DNA from: an uncultured Pseudomonadales bacterium
Lineage (GTDB): Bacteria; Patescibacteriota; Microgenomatia; UBA1400; UBA12028
Direction: 5' to 3'
Assembly (NCBI GenBank): GCA_964635905.1
Contig: CAZWPK010000001.1
Location: 352,293-416,292 of the forward strand
DNA: 64,000 nt
Both the position numbers and the translations under genes were made by a program. Of this stretch, positions 18,795-28,460 are shown one piece after another. How positions within the stretch are numbered: the stretch's first letter is position 1; the number at the start of each line of letters is the position of its first letter. Under the pieces are notes generated by a model. That model searched no databases, had not been told where the DNA came from, and was given only the letters and a program-made list of their open reading frames with translations.

Positions 18795-20862
18795 TTGGCA
18801 TAGGACTTGTTGGGGCCAGAGACCCGATGACGGGATCGGATGCTAATGGTGTAACCTTCTTTTTCTTACTTGCATGGGATGTTCCAATTGCTCTGGAAAT
18901 TAGATCCAGGATTACCACCAGAATTGTCAAACCAATCATGTTTAGTTGTAATGGCCAATGCCATGCTGGCCAATGATTTTCTAAGTGGACGACAGACGGA
19001 CGATTGGAGCTAGGAAGTCGAAGCACCATCAGTCGTTCGGAGGTTGGTGACAGAGTGAATCCACTCTCTTGAATTTTCCAGTTAGAATCGTAACTTTGCA
19101 TCAGCAATACATTATTAATTGATGATGGTACATTCGATAAATCGATCTCCAATTTGTTTGTATCGGAAGTTCTCAACTCAATGGGAAGCAACTTCTTTTC
19201 TCGGATTGCATAATCAAGTGCGACAAATCGTTCATCCCACGGTTTCCAACTCGTTGCGTGCATCGTTGGTTTTTTAAGTGGAGCATACGAAATCACGGAA
19301 TCATCCAAGACTGCATACGCACTCGAGATGGGAAATGTAGATTCCAACACAACCAAACCAGAATTTGTTTCAAATGGAATCTGTTTGAAACCAGAGCCAT
19401 TGAGCGATTCTCTAGTCAACATGGGTATACTCGGTGATAACTTTGGCAAAAAGAGATACTGCAAACCTAAGACATGCGAGTAGGAAATCAAATAATCAAC
19501 CTGTTGCTGTGAGATTCCTGTATAGGCAATATCGTTTCGAAGTAGACCTGCAAACCGCATTGCTGTGGGGCTTGGTAGCATTTGTTCGAAGTATGAGTTC
19601 ACAAACTGGGTTCCACTTGGAGATAAAAACGACGCATTCGCAATATCTGTCGTGAAAATTCTTCCCTTTGGTGTTCCTTGCTTGTTTACAAATTCCGCTA
19701 CAGGACTGTCAACAGAATTAGTAGCAGATGGAGCATATCGCGATGCATTACCAATTGCGGAACTACAGAAGAAGGCTAAAAGTAAGACTCCAACTGTCTT
19801 TAAAAAACGTGAGTGCTTTGGCCAAACCTGATTGGCAATAGATGCGATAACAAAGCTTAAAAGTACTCCGAGTAATGGCACTGATCGAGCAAATTGCAAT
19901 TGAAGAATGAAGCTTGGGAGAGCCCCTGATTGACCAAGTCGAATCATGATAAAAAAGATTGTTACAAAGACTAATAAAACTTTTGTCCATTTCGGTACTT
20001 GCCGAGGCATTGCTAAGATCGATAACCAAGAAACACTTAGAAGTGAGAACATGAGAAGCCCAAAGCCAAAACTTTCCCCAGGCAAATTTTCCCGATAGAA
20101 CTGAGCTGAAGCAAATGACGGATTTCCAAAATAGTAACCTTTAGTGATGTAAGGAAGCCAAAATACACTTGAGATGATCAAATATAGGATGGCTCTACTT
20201 AAGATCTGTCGTATACTATGCCAATTCAGTTGAAGATTAAACGTAAAGAGCCAAAGTCCACCGGTCACATACGCTAATGTGGGATGAAATACCCAAGCAA
20301 TTCCTGCTAATGCAGGGAGGATAAATGAGTGTCGTTTGTGGATCATGTCTTGAATCCACAAATAAGTGAACAAAGATATTAACGTTAGAGGGAACAAAAT
20401 ACTAAACTCCTTGACTGGTGCCCATAACTGCGGCATCGTCAAAAATGCGATGATAGCCAACAAAGTAGGTAGCGCTTTAATCCTTAGTTTTCGTAATAGT
20501 ACATACGTGACGGATAGGTGAAGCAGTAGAATCCCTACAGTTTCGATGATCATCGCTTTTGTCAAAGACACGGATAGAAACTTCGAGATTCCAACGGCAA
20601 CAGCGTGTGGTAAATACTGGTATAACCGCCAGTGATTCATCCCATTTGCCCAGATATGATCCCAAGATGCAAATCCATGTTCTGCAACAGATTTAACTTG
20701 GAATGCCTGATACATCCAATCTGCATAACTAACCCACAAATATTCATAGAATAGATATGAACCAAAGAGGAAGAGTCCAAAACCGATCAGCAAAGACAGG
20801 AAAAGCACGTCAAGACCCACGGAAAGAATGGAAAATTTATGCTCAGTATGATTGGCAGACAT
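18769..20862 (-). CDS. Large polytopic membrane protein with a C-terminal extracytoplasmic domain, possibly a GT-C-type glycosyltransferase or polysaccharide-associated protein.
   Basis: Track ORF 18769..21003. The likely ATG is at 20862 (MSANHTEHKF...). There are at least 10 predicted TM helices followed by a ~300-aa hydrophilic C-terminal region. No diagnostic motif. Confidence 0.35.
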   Translation of the reverse strand: MSANHTEHKFSILSVGLDVLFLSLLIGFGLFLFGSYLFYEYLWVSYADWMYQAFQVKSVAEHGFASWDHIWANGMNHWRLYQYLPHAVAVGISKFLSVSLTKAMIIETVGILLLHLSVTYVLLRKLRIKALPTLLAIIAFLTMPQLWAPVKEFSILFPLTLISLFTYLWIQDMIHKRHSFILPALAGIAWVFHPTLAYVTGGLWLFTFNLQLNWHSIRQILSRAILYLIISSVFWLPYITKGYYFGNPSFASAQFYRENLPGESFGFGLLMFSLLSVSWLSILAMPRQVPKWTKVLLVFVTIFFIMIRLGQSGALPSFILQLQFARSVPLLGVLLSFVIASIANQVWPKHSRFLKTVGVLLLAFFCSSAIGNASRYAPSATNSVDSPVAEFVNKQGTPKGRIFTTDIANASFLSPSGTQFVNSYFEQMLPSPTAMRFAGLLRNDIAYTGISQQQVDYLISYSHVLGLQYLFLPKLSPSIPMLTRESLNGSGFKQIPFETNSGLVVLESTFPISSAYAVLDDSVISYAPLKKPTMHATSWKPWDERFVALDYAIREKKLLPIELRTSDTNKLEIDLSNVPSSINNVLLMQSYDSNWKIQESGFTLSPTSERLMVLRLPSSNRPSVVHLENHWPAWHWPLQLNMIGLTILVVILDLISRAIGTSHASKKKKVTPLASDPVIGSLAPTSPMPSVVTAREN

Positions 20863-21106
20863 AGTACGTAAGAAAGAATAACAAACACTAAACTTACCGG
20901 TGTATGAGTTGTGTGAAAGAATGGTAAGTATGACAGTCTGGCTGTGATCCAGATTACAAACGAAAAGAGTGTCTATTATAGGGGGATGCAATCGTCGTTG
21001 CAAGCTCAGGTTCTTACGATAGTAAATCTATAGTCTGCTGGAAGTCTGTACTACTAGATTCTTTCTTCTCAAACTTTCTGGTAAAATAGCAAAGTCCCGT
21101 TGCGTT

Positions 21107-21177
21107 TGCCCGGTCGTCTAAAGGTAGGACTGCAGATTTTGGATCTGCGTATTGGGGTTCGAATCCCTGCCGGGCAG
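21107..21177 (+). tRNA. tRNA-Gln (anticodon UUG).
   Basis: Perfect 7-bp acceptor stem TGCCCGG/CCGGGCA. Canonical GGTTCGAATCC T-arm. Anticodon loop TTTTGGA with UUG at positions 34-36. No encoded CCA. Confidence 0.8.
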
Positions 21178-21258
21178 CACATCAGCGCATCTGATTACAA
21201 TTTTTAAAAACCTCAATGTTTTTAGTTTTTTATTTGAGATAGCGACTGATCTATTTTT

Positions 21259-21837
21259 ATGTCCCCTACAGTGATTTTTATCCCCGGTTGGCACAACGGC
21301 GGAATTGATATGCTTTCCCCGAAACACCAGATGTGGTTTGGGTGGCTAGCAGAGAAACTTTCAAAAGTGAATGTCCCTGTACTCGCACCCAATTATCCTG
21401 ATGCCTACTTGTGCAGAGCGAATTCTTGGTTGCCTTTCTTGAAGCAAATAGGTGCTGATAAGCACACAATTCTAGTAGGCCATTCAACTGGGGCAATTGC
21501 AAGTATGCGATTTGCTGAAGAAAACCAGATCCTAGGGTCGGTGTTAGTCGGCAGTTACTATACGGACTTAGGTGATGCGGATGAGGCAGCGAGTGGATAC
21601 TTCGATCATCCTTGGGAATGGGAAAAAATCAAGGCAAATCAAGAATGGATTATCCAGTTTCACTCAACCGATGACCCCTGGATTCCAACTTCCGAAGCAT
21701 CAGTGGTTCATGAAAAATTGGATACGGAATACCAACAATTTCATGATAAGGGGCATTTTGGAGTTGATCGTCCATACATAGAATTCCCTGAGTTACTTGC
21801 TGCGCTGACACAAAAAATCCCTGCGATTCATTCGTGA
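21259..21837 (+). CDS. RBBP9/YdeN-family alpha/beta serine hydrolase.
   Basis: Nucleophile elbow GHSTG. Blocks VGHSTGAIASMRFAEE, TDLGDADEAASGYF, PWEWEKIKAN and IIQFHSTDDPWIP closely parallel RBBP9. Confidence 0.75.
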   Translation: MSPTVIFIPGWHNGGIDMLSPKHQMWFGWLAEKLSKVNVPVLAPNYPDAYLCRANSWLPFLKQIGADKHTILVGHSTGAIASMRFAEENQILGSVLVGSYYTDLGDADEAASGYFDHPWEWEKIKANQEWIIQFHSTDDPWIPTSEASVVHEKLDTEYQQFHDKGHFGVDRPYIEFPELLAALTQKIPAIHS

Positions 21838-21951
21838 AACGATAAGATTTTGTAATTTTCTATACTGTTTTCTCTTTCTACAATTATCGAGGGTCTTTCT
21901 TTTCTTTCAGACGGTATTACAATCAGAGTTAATTTGAGAGGAGAGGATTGT

Positions 21952-22284
21952 ATGACTGAGACACTGAAGCGAATAGAAGTACTCAAGTTTTTCGTTATCA
22001 TTGAAGGTCATCAGATACCCGCTCAATTGAGAGGCAATCAAGTTGCTGCTGAAAACGGCTCATTTTCCAATTCTAGACTCTACGATAGTGTCGAGAATGC
22101 TCAAAAGGCAGCCCGATCTTCGGCAAATGCAGCAAAAACAATTGAAATTCATGCTTATCTTGCAACACTAACGGCTGAAGAGAGAGCTCAACTTCCAAAG
22201 GGATTGCCATTGAGTTCGAAGTTAGATTCAACCCAAATTAATCTTGAGCATACTGGACTACGAGCAACAATTATCCGAAAATAA
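21952..22284 (+). CDS. Hypothetical protein.
   Basis: ATG at 21952 preceded by GAGAGGAGAGG (strong SD). No recognisable motif. Confidence 0.35.
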   Translation: MTETLKRIEVLKFFVIIEGHQIPAQLRGNQVAAENGSFSNSRLYDSVENAQKAARSSANAAKTIEIHAYLATLTAEERAQLPKGLPLSSKLDSTQINLEHTGLRATIIRK

Positions 22285-22331
22285 GGGGAAAATCTACGTA
22301 GCTTGGGGTATATATTGTTAGTAGGTTTCCA

Positions 22332-22934
22332 TTAATACAGTAGTGCTTCGCCAGAGCTGACCTTGGATTGTAGTGCATCTATATTCAGTAATCGAATTCG
22401 GTGTTGAGAAATTTCAATCAGCTTTTCCTGACGAAGATGGCTGAGTTCTCGGGTGACCGTTTCTCGGCTTAGCCCGGTAAGCTCTGCAAGTTGTTGGTGC
22501 GTCAACGCGATATGGATCGTTCTTTCATTGGAACTGTCTGGAAATCGCTCACTTAATATTAATAGCGTTTGTATTAACAACGATGCGGCATCTCCCTGCA
22601 TCAGTTTTTCGGTTTTTTGAAGCATTCCATGCAGACCGCTTAACAAGCGCAGCATCACAGAATACGCAACCGTTGGATCCGACTGTAAGTATTCCTTGAC
22701 CTTAGAAAGTGGAGCCTTAAATCCTTGACACTCCGTGACACAGACAAAGGCATAGGTGTTGGGAAGATCCAGGAGCCCATTCATCAAGGGAAAGAAGCTA
22801 CCCGGTTTAAAGAGATTGAGTGTCAACTCCTGACCTTTGGGGGTCGTAGCGATTTGCTTTACAATCCCATTCGTTAAGTAAAAGACTTGGGGTGTCGTCG
22901 TATGTGAGGTGATTAAGAGTTCAGTGGGTTGCAT
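22332..22934 (-). CDS. Crp/Fnr-family transcriptional regulator.
   Basis: cNMP-binding-like N-terminal domain. C-terminal HTH LTHQQLAELTGLSRETVTRELSHLRQEKLI. Confidence 0.7.
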   Translation of the reverse strand: MQPTELLITSHTTTPQVFYLTNGIVKQIATTPKGQELTLNLFKPGSFFPLMNGLLDLPNTYAFVCVTECQGFKAPLSKVKEYLQSDPTVAYSVMLRLLSGLHGMLQKTEKLMQGDAASLLIQTLLILSERFPDSSNERTIHIALTHQQLAELTGLSRETVTRELSHLRQEKLIEISQHRIRLLNIDALQSKVSSGEALLY

Positions 22935-23096
22935 CGTAAATGGTGCGAATTGCCCAAAAAATCATAGCAATGATGGGTTCTGGGAGTGCTTTAGTGACGA
23001 TGAGTGGGCCATGATTACTCTATAAACGTGGACAATACTACTCTGTGAGTTCTATCACGAAACTACGGTAAAAAAAAGACTATCCTACAACCGTAG

Positions 23097-23112
23097 ATCA
23101 ATCAAAATTGAT
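23097..23112. promoter_or_regulatory. Perfect 6-4-6 palindrome ATCAAT-caaa-ATTGAT in the divergent crp/fnr-ldh intergenic region. Candidate operator.
   Basis: Read directly from the sequence. It sits ~60 nt upstream of the ldh ATG (23174) and ~160 nt upstream of the regulator start. Confidence 0.4.
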
Positions 23113-23173
23113 TCTTCCGTTGGCTAAGAATATAGTAAAAGCATTCTTACTCTACCTACCGATAGGAACACCT

Positions 23174-24094
23174 ATGCAATGTGATTTACGAAAAGTAGCC
23201 ATTATTGGCGGAGGACATGTTGGGATTACTGCTGCATATGCCCTCCTGTTAACCCACACCGTCGATGAGTTGATTCTCGTCTCCCGGTCTCTGGAAAAGC
23301 TAGAGGGAGAAAAATTAGACCTAGAACATGGACTTTCTTTTCTGGAAGCGACTAAAGTGACGGCTACGACCGACTATGCAGCTCTCCAAAATGCCGATGT
23401 TGTGATCATCACTTCCGGAGTGGCACAAAAATCGGGACAAAGTCGCATGGACCTAGTGGAGGAGAACAAAGCCATCCTTGCGGAAATGGCACAACAGATC
23501 CTGCCCTACGTCCAAAACAGTGTGGTCGTTGTGGTCAGTAATCCCGTCGATGTGCTTACCTTCCATCTTGCCAAGGCCCTCGGATTACCAGAAGGACGAG
23601 TCTTTGGAACGGGAACGATGCTAGACACAGCCCGCTTTCGTTTCCATTTAAGTGAATTTTTGCACTTAAATCCGCGCAGTATTCATGCCTATATTTTAGG
23701 TGAGCATGGGGAGAGTGCTTTCCCTGCATTAGAGAGCGCCTCCGTGGGAGGTCAGCCACTTTCTGAGTTTCCGCACTACTCCAAAGAACAGGCTCTAGAA
23801 TCCTTCACCAAGACTCGGGAAGCCGCGGCAAGTATTATTAAGGCTAAAGGAGCGACCTATTACGCCATTGGCGTGGTGATTAGTCAGGTTGTCCGTACCA
23901 TTTTGTTAGATCAACGTTCCGTTCTCCCAGTCACCATATCCATTGAAAATTACTATGGAGAATCCGAGGTAGCTGTAAGTGTCCCCTGCATCGTGGGAAG
24001 AAATGGCGTACAGCAGATATTACGCGTGAACCTTTCGAGCGAGGAACAAGAACAATTCAAAAAATCGTGTGGAATTGTGCGATCGTTTATTTAA
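23174..24094 (+). CDS. ldh: L-lactate dehydrogenase.
   Basis: Rossmann KVAIIGGGHVGIT. Substrate loop GVAQKSGQSRMDL with Gln at the specificity position (LDH rather than MDH). Catalytic ILGEHGES. The track start 23108 is a TTG; the ATG is at 23174. Confidence 0.8.
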   Translation: MQCDLRKVAIIGGGHVGITAAYALLLTHTVDELILVSRSLEKLEGEKLDLEHGLSFLEATKVTATTDYAALQNADVVIITSGVAQKSGQSRMDLVEENKAILAEMAQQILPYVQNSVVVVVSNPVDVLTFHLAKALGLPEGRVFGTGTMLDTARFRFHLSEFLHLNPRSIHAYILGEHGESAFPALESASVGGQPLSEFPHYSKEQALESFTKTREAAASIIKAKGATYYAIGVVISQVVRTILLDQRSVLPVTISIENYYGESEVAVSVPCIVGRNGVQQILRVNLSSEEQEQFKKSCGIVRSFI

Positions 24095-24176
24095 TTGAAT
24101 ACATGCGAGTGAAAGCCATTGTACTCTTGAAATTGTTTGATAGACTTTAGGGCAGTACGACTAGAGGAGGAACCCT

Positions 24177-24422
24177 ATGGAATATCGCGCCTATTTTGAA
24201 ACGGGTACGAATGGGGAAACACGACATAACATAGAAGCAGAGAGTGCGGACGGATTGATGGAAGCCCTTACAGCGTTACTTGTGTCGCTCCAATTAGATA
24301 AAAACTACATCGAAGATATAGTGATTTGGACGCCAAACAGGGATCACTGTTTACTGGTTGAGCGTGACCCTCATGGGGTCATACTTGGCAGTTTTACCAA
24401 ACGTCCTATCCGATTGATTTAA
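24177..24422 (+). CDS. Small hypothetical protein.
   Basis: 81-aa ORF with SD GAGGAGG upstream. Confidence 0.35.
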   Translation: MEYRAYFETGTNGETRHNIEAESADGLMEALTALLVSLQLDKNYIEDIVIWTPNRDHCLLVERDPHGVILGSFTKRPIRLI

Positions 24423-24471
24423 CACCATGGGCTCCGTGGTACTTAAGAATTTCTGATCAATTACCCATTGC

Positions 24472-25581
24472 GTGTTTCGTTGTTTTTCCCTTCGTTCTTA
24501 CACTCCTGGTATAATAGATCCTCTGAATACTGGACTCTCTCACTCCTATGCCCTTCGGTCTAAACAGAAAACGAACATCCTTAGACCGTTGATCACTAGT
24601 GCCCTGAAAACGGGGCTCGTTCTTTTCATGGTGCTTTTGCCACTGCTCATCACGCGCTTTGAGAGTGTAACAAGTTGGATCCAACGCCTACAGTCTCCTA
24701 CTCCCGTGCGCGTTCACAAGAACTTTCCCATTACTTTACCAACCTGTACTGCCAAGTCGGGTTCCATTGTGTTTTCCTCCGATCGATCCGGGAATTACGA
24801 TCTATATATTCAAGAGTTATCGACTGGGATGATTACGAACAAAACGACTACCGCTTTTGATGAATTTAATCCGCAAGTGTCAACAGACGGAGCCAAACTT
24901 GTCTATTATGCGAATCGCTATGGAAATACCGATATCTTTTCGATGGAGATTGGAAGTGGAGCCTCATCGCAGTTAACCAGCGATCCATCCAGTGACTATG
25001 ATGCGACCTTTGCCTATAACGATCCTGATACCGTGGTCTTTAAATCAAATCGCGATGATGGGTTTGGAGATCTCTTTTCAATGTCAATTTCTGGAGAATT
25101 GCAAACGAATTTAACGCCCTTGCGAAAAACCTCGGAAGAGTGGAAACCGGAATTTATTTCTGAACACGTGATGGTCTTCTCCTCGCGCTTAAACCCGGCA
25201 AGTGGCAAAGATGTCTCTGATGAGCTGTTTACTTTGGATTTGAATACCAATGTCTATGTGCAGTTAACCTCCAATGACTATTCCGATTGGTATCCAGCCT
25301 ATGATCACACGAACAATACGTTTGTCTATGTGAGTAAAGGTCCCAACAACGATCAAGCTATTTTCCGGATGAATCCGGATGGAAGCGGGAAGAAACTGGT
25401 GATCGATCATCCAGGTGATGATGTGGATCCAAGTGTTGGAGAAAATGGGGATTTAATCTATCTGAATAACAAATCTGGAGATTGGGATATGCGGATCATT
25501 GATGTGCACGGCAATGAATGTATCGTGAACAATGATGATTCCGACGAGCTGTCCCCAGAGTTTATTCCCACTACAAAGTAA
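24472..25581 (+). CDS. TolB-like (PD40/WD40-like) beta-propeller repeat protein, membrane anchored.
   Basis: Repeated blocks SSDRSGNYDLY..., YYANRYGNTDIF..., FKSNRDDGFGDLF... and YVSKGPNNDQAIFRMN typical of TolB/PD40 repeats. N-terminal TM. Confidence 0.55.
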   Translation: MFRCFSLRSYTPGIIDPLNTGLSHSYALRSKQKTNILRPLITSALKTGLVLFMVLLPLLITRFESVTSWIQRLQSPTPVRVHKNFPITLPTCTAKSGSIVFSSDRSGNYDLYIQELSTGMITNKTTTAFDEFNPQVSTDGAKLVYYANRYGNTDIFSMEIGSGASSQLTSDPSSDYDATFAYNDPDTVVFKSNRDDGFGDLFSMSISGELQTNLTPLRKTSEEWKPEFISEHVMVFSSRLNPASGKDVSDELFTLDLNTNVYVQLTSNDYSDWYPAYDHTNNTFVYVSKGPNNDQAIFRMNPDGSGKKLVIDHPGDDVDPSVGENGDLIYLNNKSGDWDMRIIDVHGNECIVNNDDSDELSPEFIPTTK

Positions 25582-27438
25582 TTAGCGTTTCAGCACGTCT
25601 TGCAGTGCCCGAACCGCAGAGAGTGGTTCATAGTTTTCTCCAAAGGGTAAACCATCACCGATTTCTAAGGTTTGATTGCGTCCGAGTCCGGACGTGGAAC
25701 TGTATTTCTCTGTGATTCCCCACATGCTAAACGCGATACAATTTGGTACCTGGATACAGGCTGACAGTGTGTTTGAAAACTGGCTTGCTTGCTGTGAACT
25801 ATCATGGCCATATGCATCCAATTCGGAAACCCGCACGTAGAGTTTTTTGTTGTATTTATTGCCAAGTGTTACCACCTGCTCCATATGAGACTGTAAGGTT
25901 TTGGTCGAAATTTCATCACCACGTTCATAGACATGCGCCTGGAATCCGAGTCCATCGATCGGGACATCTTTTTTCAGAAGTTCCTCGATCAGTGTGAGCA
26001 TCCCAGTGAAGCGGTCACTCTCTTCTTCCAGTCCCCATTCGTTGATAAAGAGTAAAGCTTGGGGATCACTGGCTTTAGCTGCGCGCAGTGCTTTTTCGAT
26101 ATAGGAGGGACCCATCGCCTGATGCCAAAGATGATTGCGATAGGTTACCTCTCCATCCCAGTAGTCTTCATCGAGGGGCTCATTAATCACATCCCAGGTT
26201 TTAATCGTTCCCTTATAGTGGGAGACCACGGTTTTAATATGGGAGAGCATCATTTCTTCACGTTTTTCTTTGGGAGTTTGCTGCATCCAGGCTGGGTTGG
26301 CTTCCCCAAACACGAGCGTGTGTCCATGCACGGCAATTCCGGCTCGTTTTGCGACGGTGACGATAGCATCGGCTTCGCCAAATGCATATTGATCTGGGGC
26401 CGGATGTACAAATTGGGCTTTGAGTGCATTTTCCGTGGTAAAGACCCCATACCATCCCTGAGTAGCCAACTCAAAATACCACGGATCCGAGACTAATGGG
26501 CCCAATGCGACTGCCGCTCCGATCTTTAAACTGGATGACTTCTTTTTGGCAAGTTCTTGCCAGGATTCAGCAATTTTTGCCGGCAGTTGTAGGGTGTCTG
26601 GGGTGTTGACGATCGTTGTAGTGGAGCCCTGTAGTGGGGTCAAGGAAAATTGGGTCAAGCGAAGTTCGCCACCTGGTGTGGGAGTATCTAGACCGAACCA
26701 TAGTTTCCCATTGGAGAGTAACGACTTTGTGGGTACGGAGCCGACGGTGTTGCCATTGAGTGTAATCGCGATGGTTTGTGCATTCGTCTCCACCGAGAGT
26801 TCTGCGGTGCTAGTGGGTGGTACCGAAAAGGTCGTTTGGGTGGGTCGATTCCTTGCGCCATCGTACTGAGCTAGGCGAAGTGAGCCAGCATTCAATTCTA
26901 CGACCAGTGCTGGTTCCCAAAACAAAAACTCGTCATAGATTCGAGGAGGTCTTCCGTACAACGATAATCGCCAGGCGTTGGTGGTGGTGATTTTTGCGGT
27001 GATTTTGAAATCACCGGCTAGTTTTAATTGCGGTCCAAATAAAGCGATGGCCGGATTTTGGACACCCGGTGTTCCATCTTGTTCTACGATGGAGCGACCC
27101 GTGTGTTTGACGATGAGTGTTGCTCCCTCTCTGGAAGAGCCAGGCAGTGAGGTCCAATCGCGACCGGATAGGAGGTCGGTTGGGGATTGTTGAACCACTA
27201 CTGTTTTGGGTTGTTGCGTTGCTGCTGGTGACGCCGTGATCGTGGGTGTGGGGCTAGGAGTGATCGCGGTGGCACTACTGCTCGCACTTGCGCTCGCGTC
27301 ATCTGCCAACGGGGTTGTGGGTGGGAGTCGTTTCACTCCAATCAACGAGAGACAGATCATCGACAACGAGACGATCTGGTGCCGGAGAGCATCGAGGGCG
27401 GGAACAACGGTCTGACTAAATGATGTATCCATAGGCAT
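25582..27438 (-). CDS. Secreted GH10 endo-beta-1,4-xylanase with an N-terminal Thr/Pro linker and a putative binding module.
   Basis: GH10 blocks WDVINEP (acid/base Glu), FINEWGLEE and VSELD (nucleophile Glu). TM/signal plus PT-linker. Confidence 0.7.
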   Translation of the reverse strand: MPMDTSFSQTVVPALDALRHQIVSLSMICLSLIGVKRLPPTTPLADDASASASSSATAITPSPTPTITASPAATQQPKTVVVQQSPTDLLSGRDWTSLPGSSREGATLIVKHTGRSIVEQDGTPGVQNPAIALFGPQLKLAGDFKITAKITTTNAWRLSLYGRPPRIYDEFLFWEPALVVELNAGSLRLAQYDGARNRPTQTTFSVPPTSTAELSVETNAQTIAITLNGNTVGSVPTKSLLSNGKLWFGLDTPTPGGELRLTQFSLTPLQGSTTTIVNTPDTLQLPAKIAESWQELAKKKSSSLKIGAAVALGPLVSDPWYFELATQGWYGVFTTENALKAQFVHPAPDQYAFGEADAIVTVAKRAGIAVHGHTLVFGEANPAWMQQTPKEKREEMMLSHIKTVVSHYKGTIKTWDVINEPLDEDYWDGEVTYRNHLWHQAMGPSYIEKALRAAKASDPQALLFINEWGLEEESDRFTGMLTLIEELLKKDVPIDGLGFQAHVYERGDEISTKTLQSHMEQVVTLGNKYNKKLYVRVSELDAYGHDSSQQASQFSNTLSACIQVPNCIAFSMWGITEKYSSTSGLGRNQTLEIGDGLPFGENYEPLSAVRALQDVLKR

Positions 27439-27478
27439 GCCTTGGATTGATCATCCTAACACGTTTTGGAACAGATGC

Positions 27479-28051
27479 CTATTGAAGTTTGGCGCGTGCT
27501 TCTTTGAGGACCTCACCCCAGAAGGTGAGTTGATCAATTATTTCATTGGCAGATTTTTCATGGCGTTCATTAAACTGATAATTGCCCTGTGCATCCAGGT
27601 TTTCCCAGTAATTGGGAAGCAGTATTTGTTCCCGCAGATCGTACAGTCGAACCTCGGCAGCAATTTGTCGCAAGTGTTCGACCGCCCGTGATCCTCCTGC
27701 AAGAGAACCGTACGAGACAAAACTGACTGGTTTGTAATGCCACTCCGAAAAGAGATAATCAATCGCATTTTTTAAGGCTGCGGAAGTGGAGTGATTATAT
27801 TCCGGGGTCACCATAATGAAGGCATCGGCACTTTCAACGAGGGTGGACCATTGTTTGGTATGCTCCTGACTGTATTGATGCATGGAAGGTGGAACGGGCT
27901 CATCTAAGAGAGGTAAATGTATCTTGGAGAGATCCAAGAGTTCGACCGCAATGTCCGTTCGCTTCTTCGCTAAGTTATAGATCCAGTGAACGGGTTGGTC
28001 GTTGAATCGACCTGGACGAACGGAGCCAGTAAGGATTTTAAGGGTGATCAT
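27479..28051 (-). CDS. NADPH-dependent FMN reductase family oxidoreductase.
   Basis: Flavodoxin-like IMVTPEYNHSTSAALKNAIDYL motif. Confidence 0.7.
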   Translation of the reverse strand: MITLKILTGSVRPGRFNDQPVHWIYNLAKKRTDIAVELLDLSKIHLPLLDEPVPPSMHQYSQEHTKQWSTLVESADAFIMVTPEYNHSTSAALKNAIDYLFSEWHYKPVSFVSYGSLAGGSRAVEHLRQIAAEVRLYDLREQILLPNYWENLDAQGNYQFNERHEKSANEIIDQLTFWGEVLKEARAKLQ

Positions 28052-28136
28052 AGCTTCTATTTCTTTTTACGTAACGAGCTATTAGAATAAACACCAACAG
28101 CCAATAGAACAAGTACACACTAAAAGAATAGGTACT

Positions 28137-28460
28137 ATGCATGAAGTACGTATGAATGCACCATCAAACTGCCATGTCGATACCACGCTGCAAGTCATCG
28201 GTGGGAAATGGAAACCCGTTATCCTCTGGCACCTAACCCAACAAACACTTCGTTTTAGTGAACTTGAAAAACGAATTAACGGAATTACCCAGAAGATGCT
28301 GACCCAGCAGCTTCGAGAAATGGAACACGATCGCCTTATCACCCGTACCGTGTACCCGCAGGTCCCACCCAAAGTGGAGTATGCACTCACCGATCACGGA
28401 CGGTCCCTGCAATCGGTGTTACGTGCTCTAAGTGACTGGGGAATTGCCCATGAGCACTAA
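28137..28460 (+). CDS. HxlR-family winged-helix transcriptional regulator.
   Basis: LQVIGGKWKPVILWHL...RFSELEKRINGITQKMLTQQLREMEHDRLITR. Divergent from the FMN reductase gene, which is a classic pairing. Confidence 0.75.
   Translation: MHEVRMNAPSNCHVDTTLQVIGGKWKPVILWHLTQQTLRFSELEKRINGITQKMLTQQLREMEHDRLITRTVYPQVPPKVEYALTDHGRSLQSVLRALSDWGIAHEH

Noticed and set aside
21107-21177. Alternative reading of the tRNA as minus-strand or another isotype
   Set aside because: The GGTTCGAATCC T-arm and the 5'-TGCCCGG/CCGGGCA-3' acceptor read correctly only on the plus strand. The 7-nt anticodon loop TTTTGGA places UUG at positions 34-36.
23097-23112. Canonical FNR/CRP box
   Set aside because: The palindrome is ATCAAT-N4-ATTGAT, not TTGAT-N4-ATCAA. 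The half-site orientation is inverted, so it is reported only as a candidate operator and not as an FNR box.
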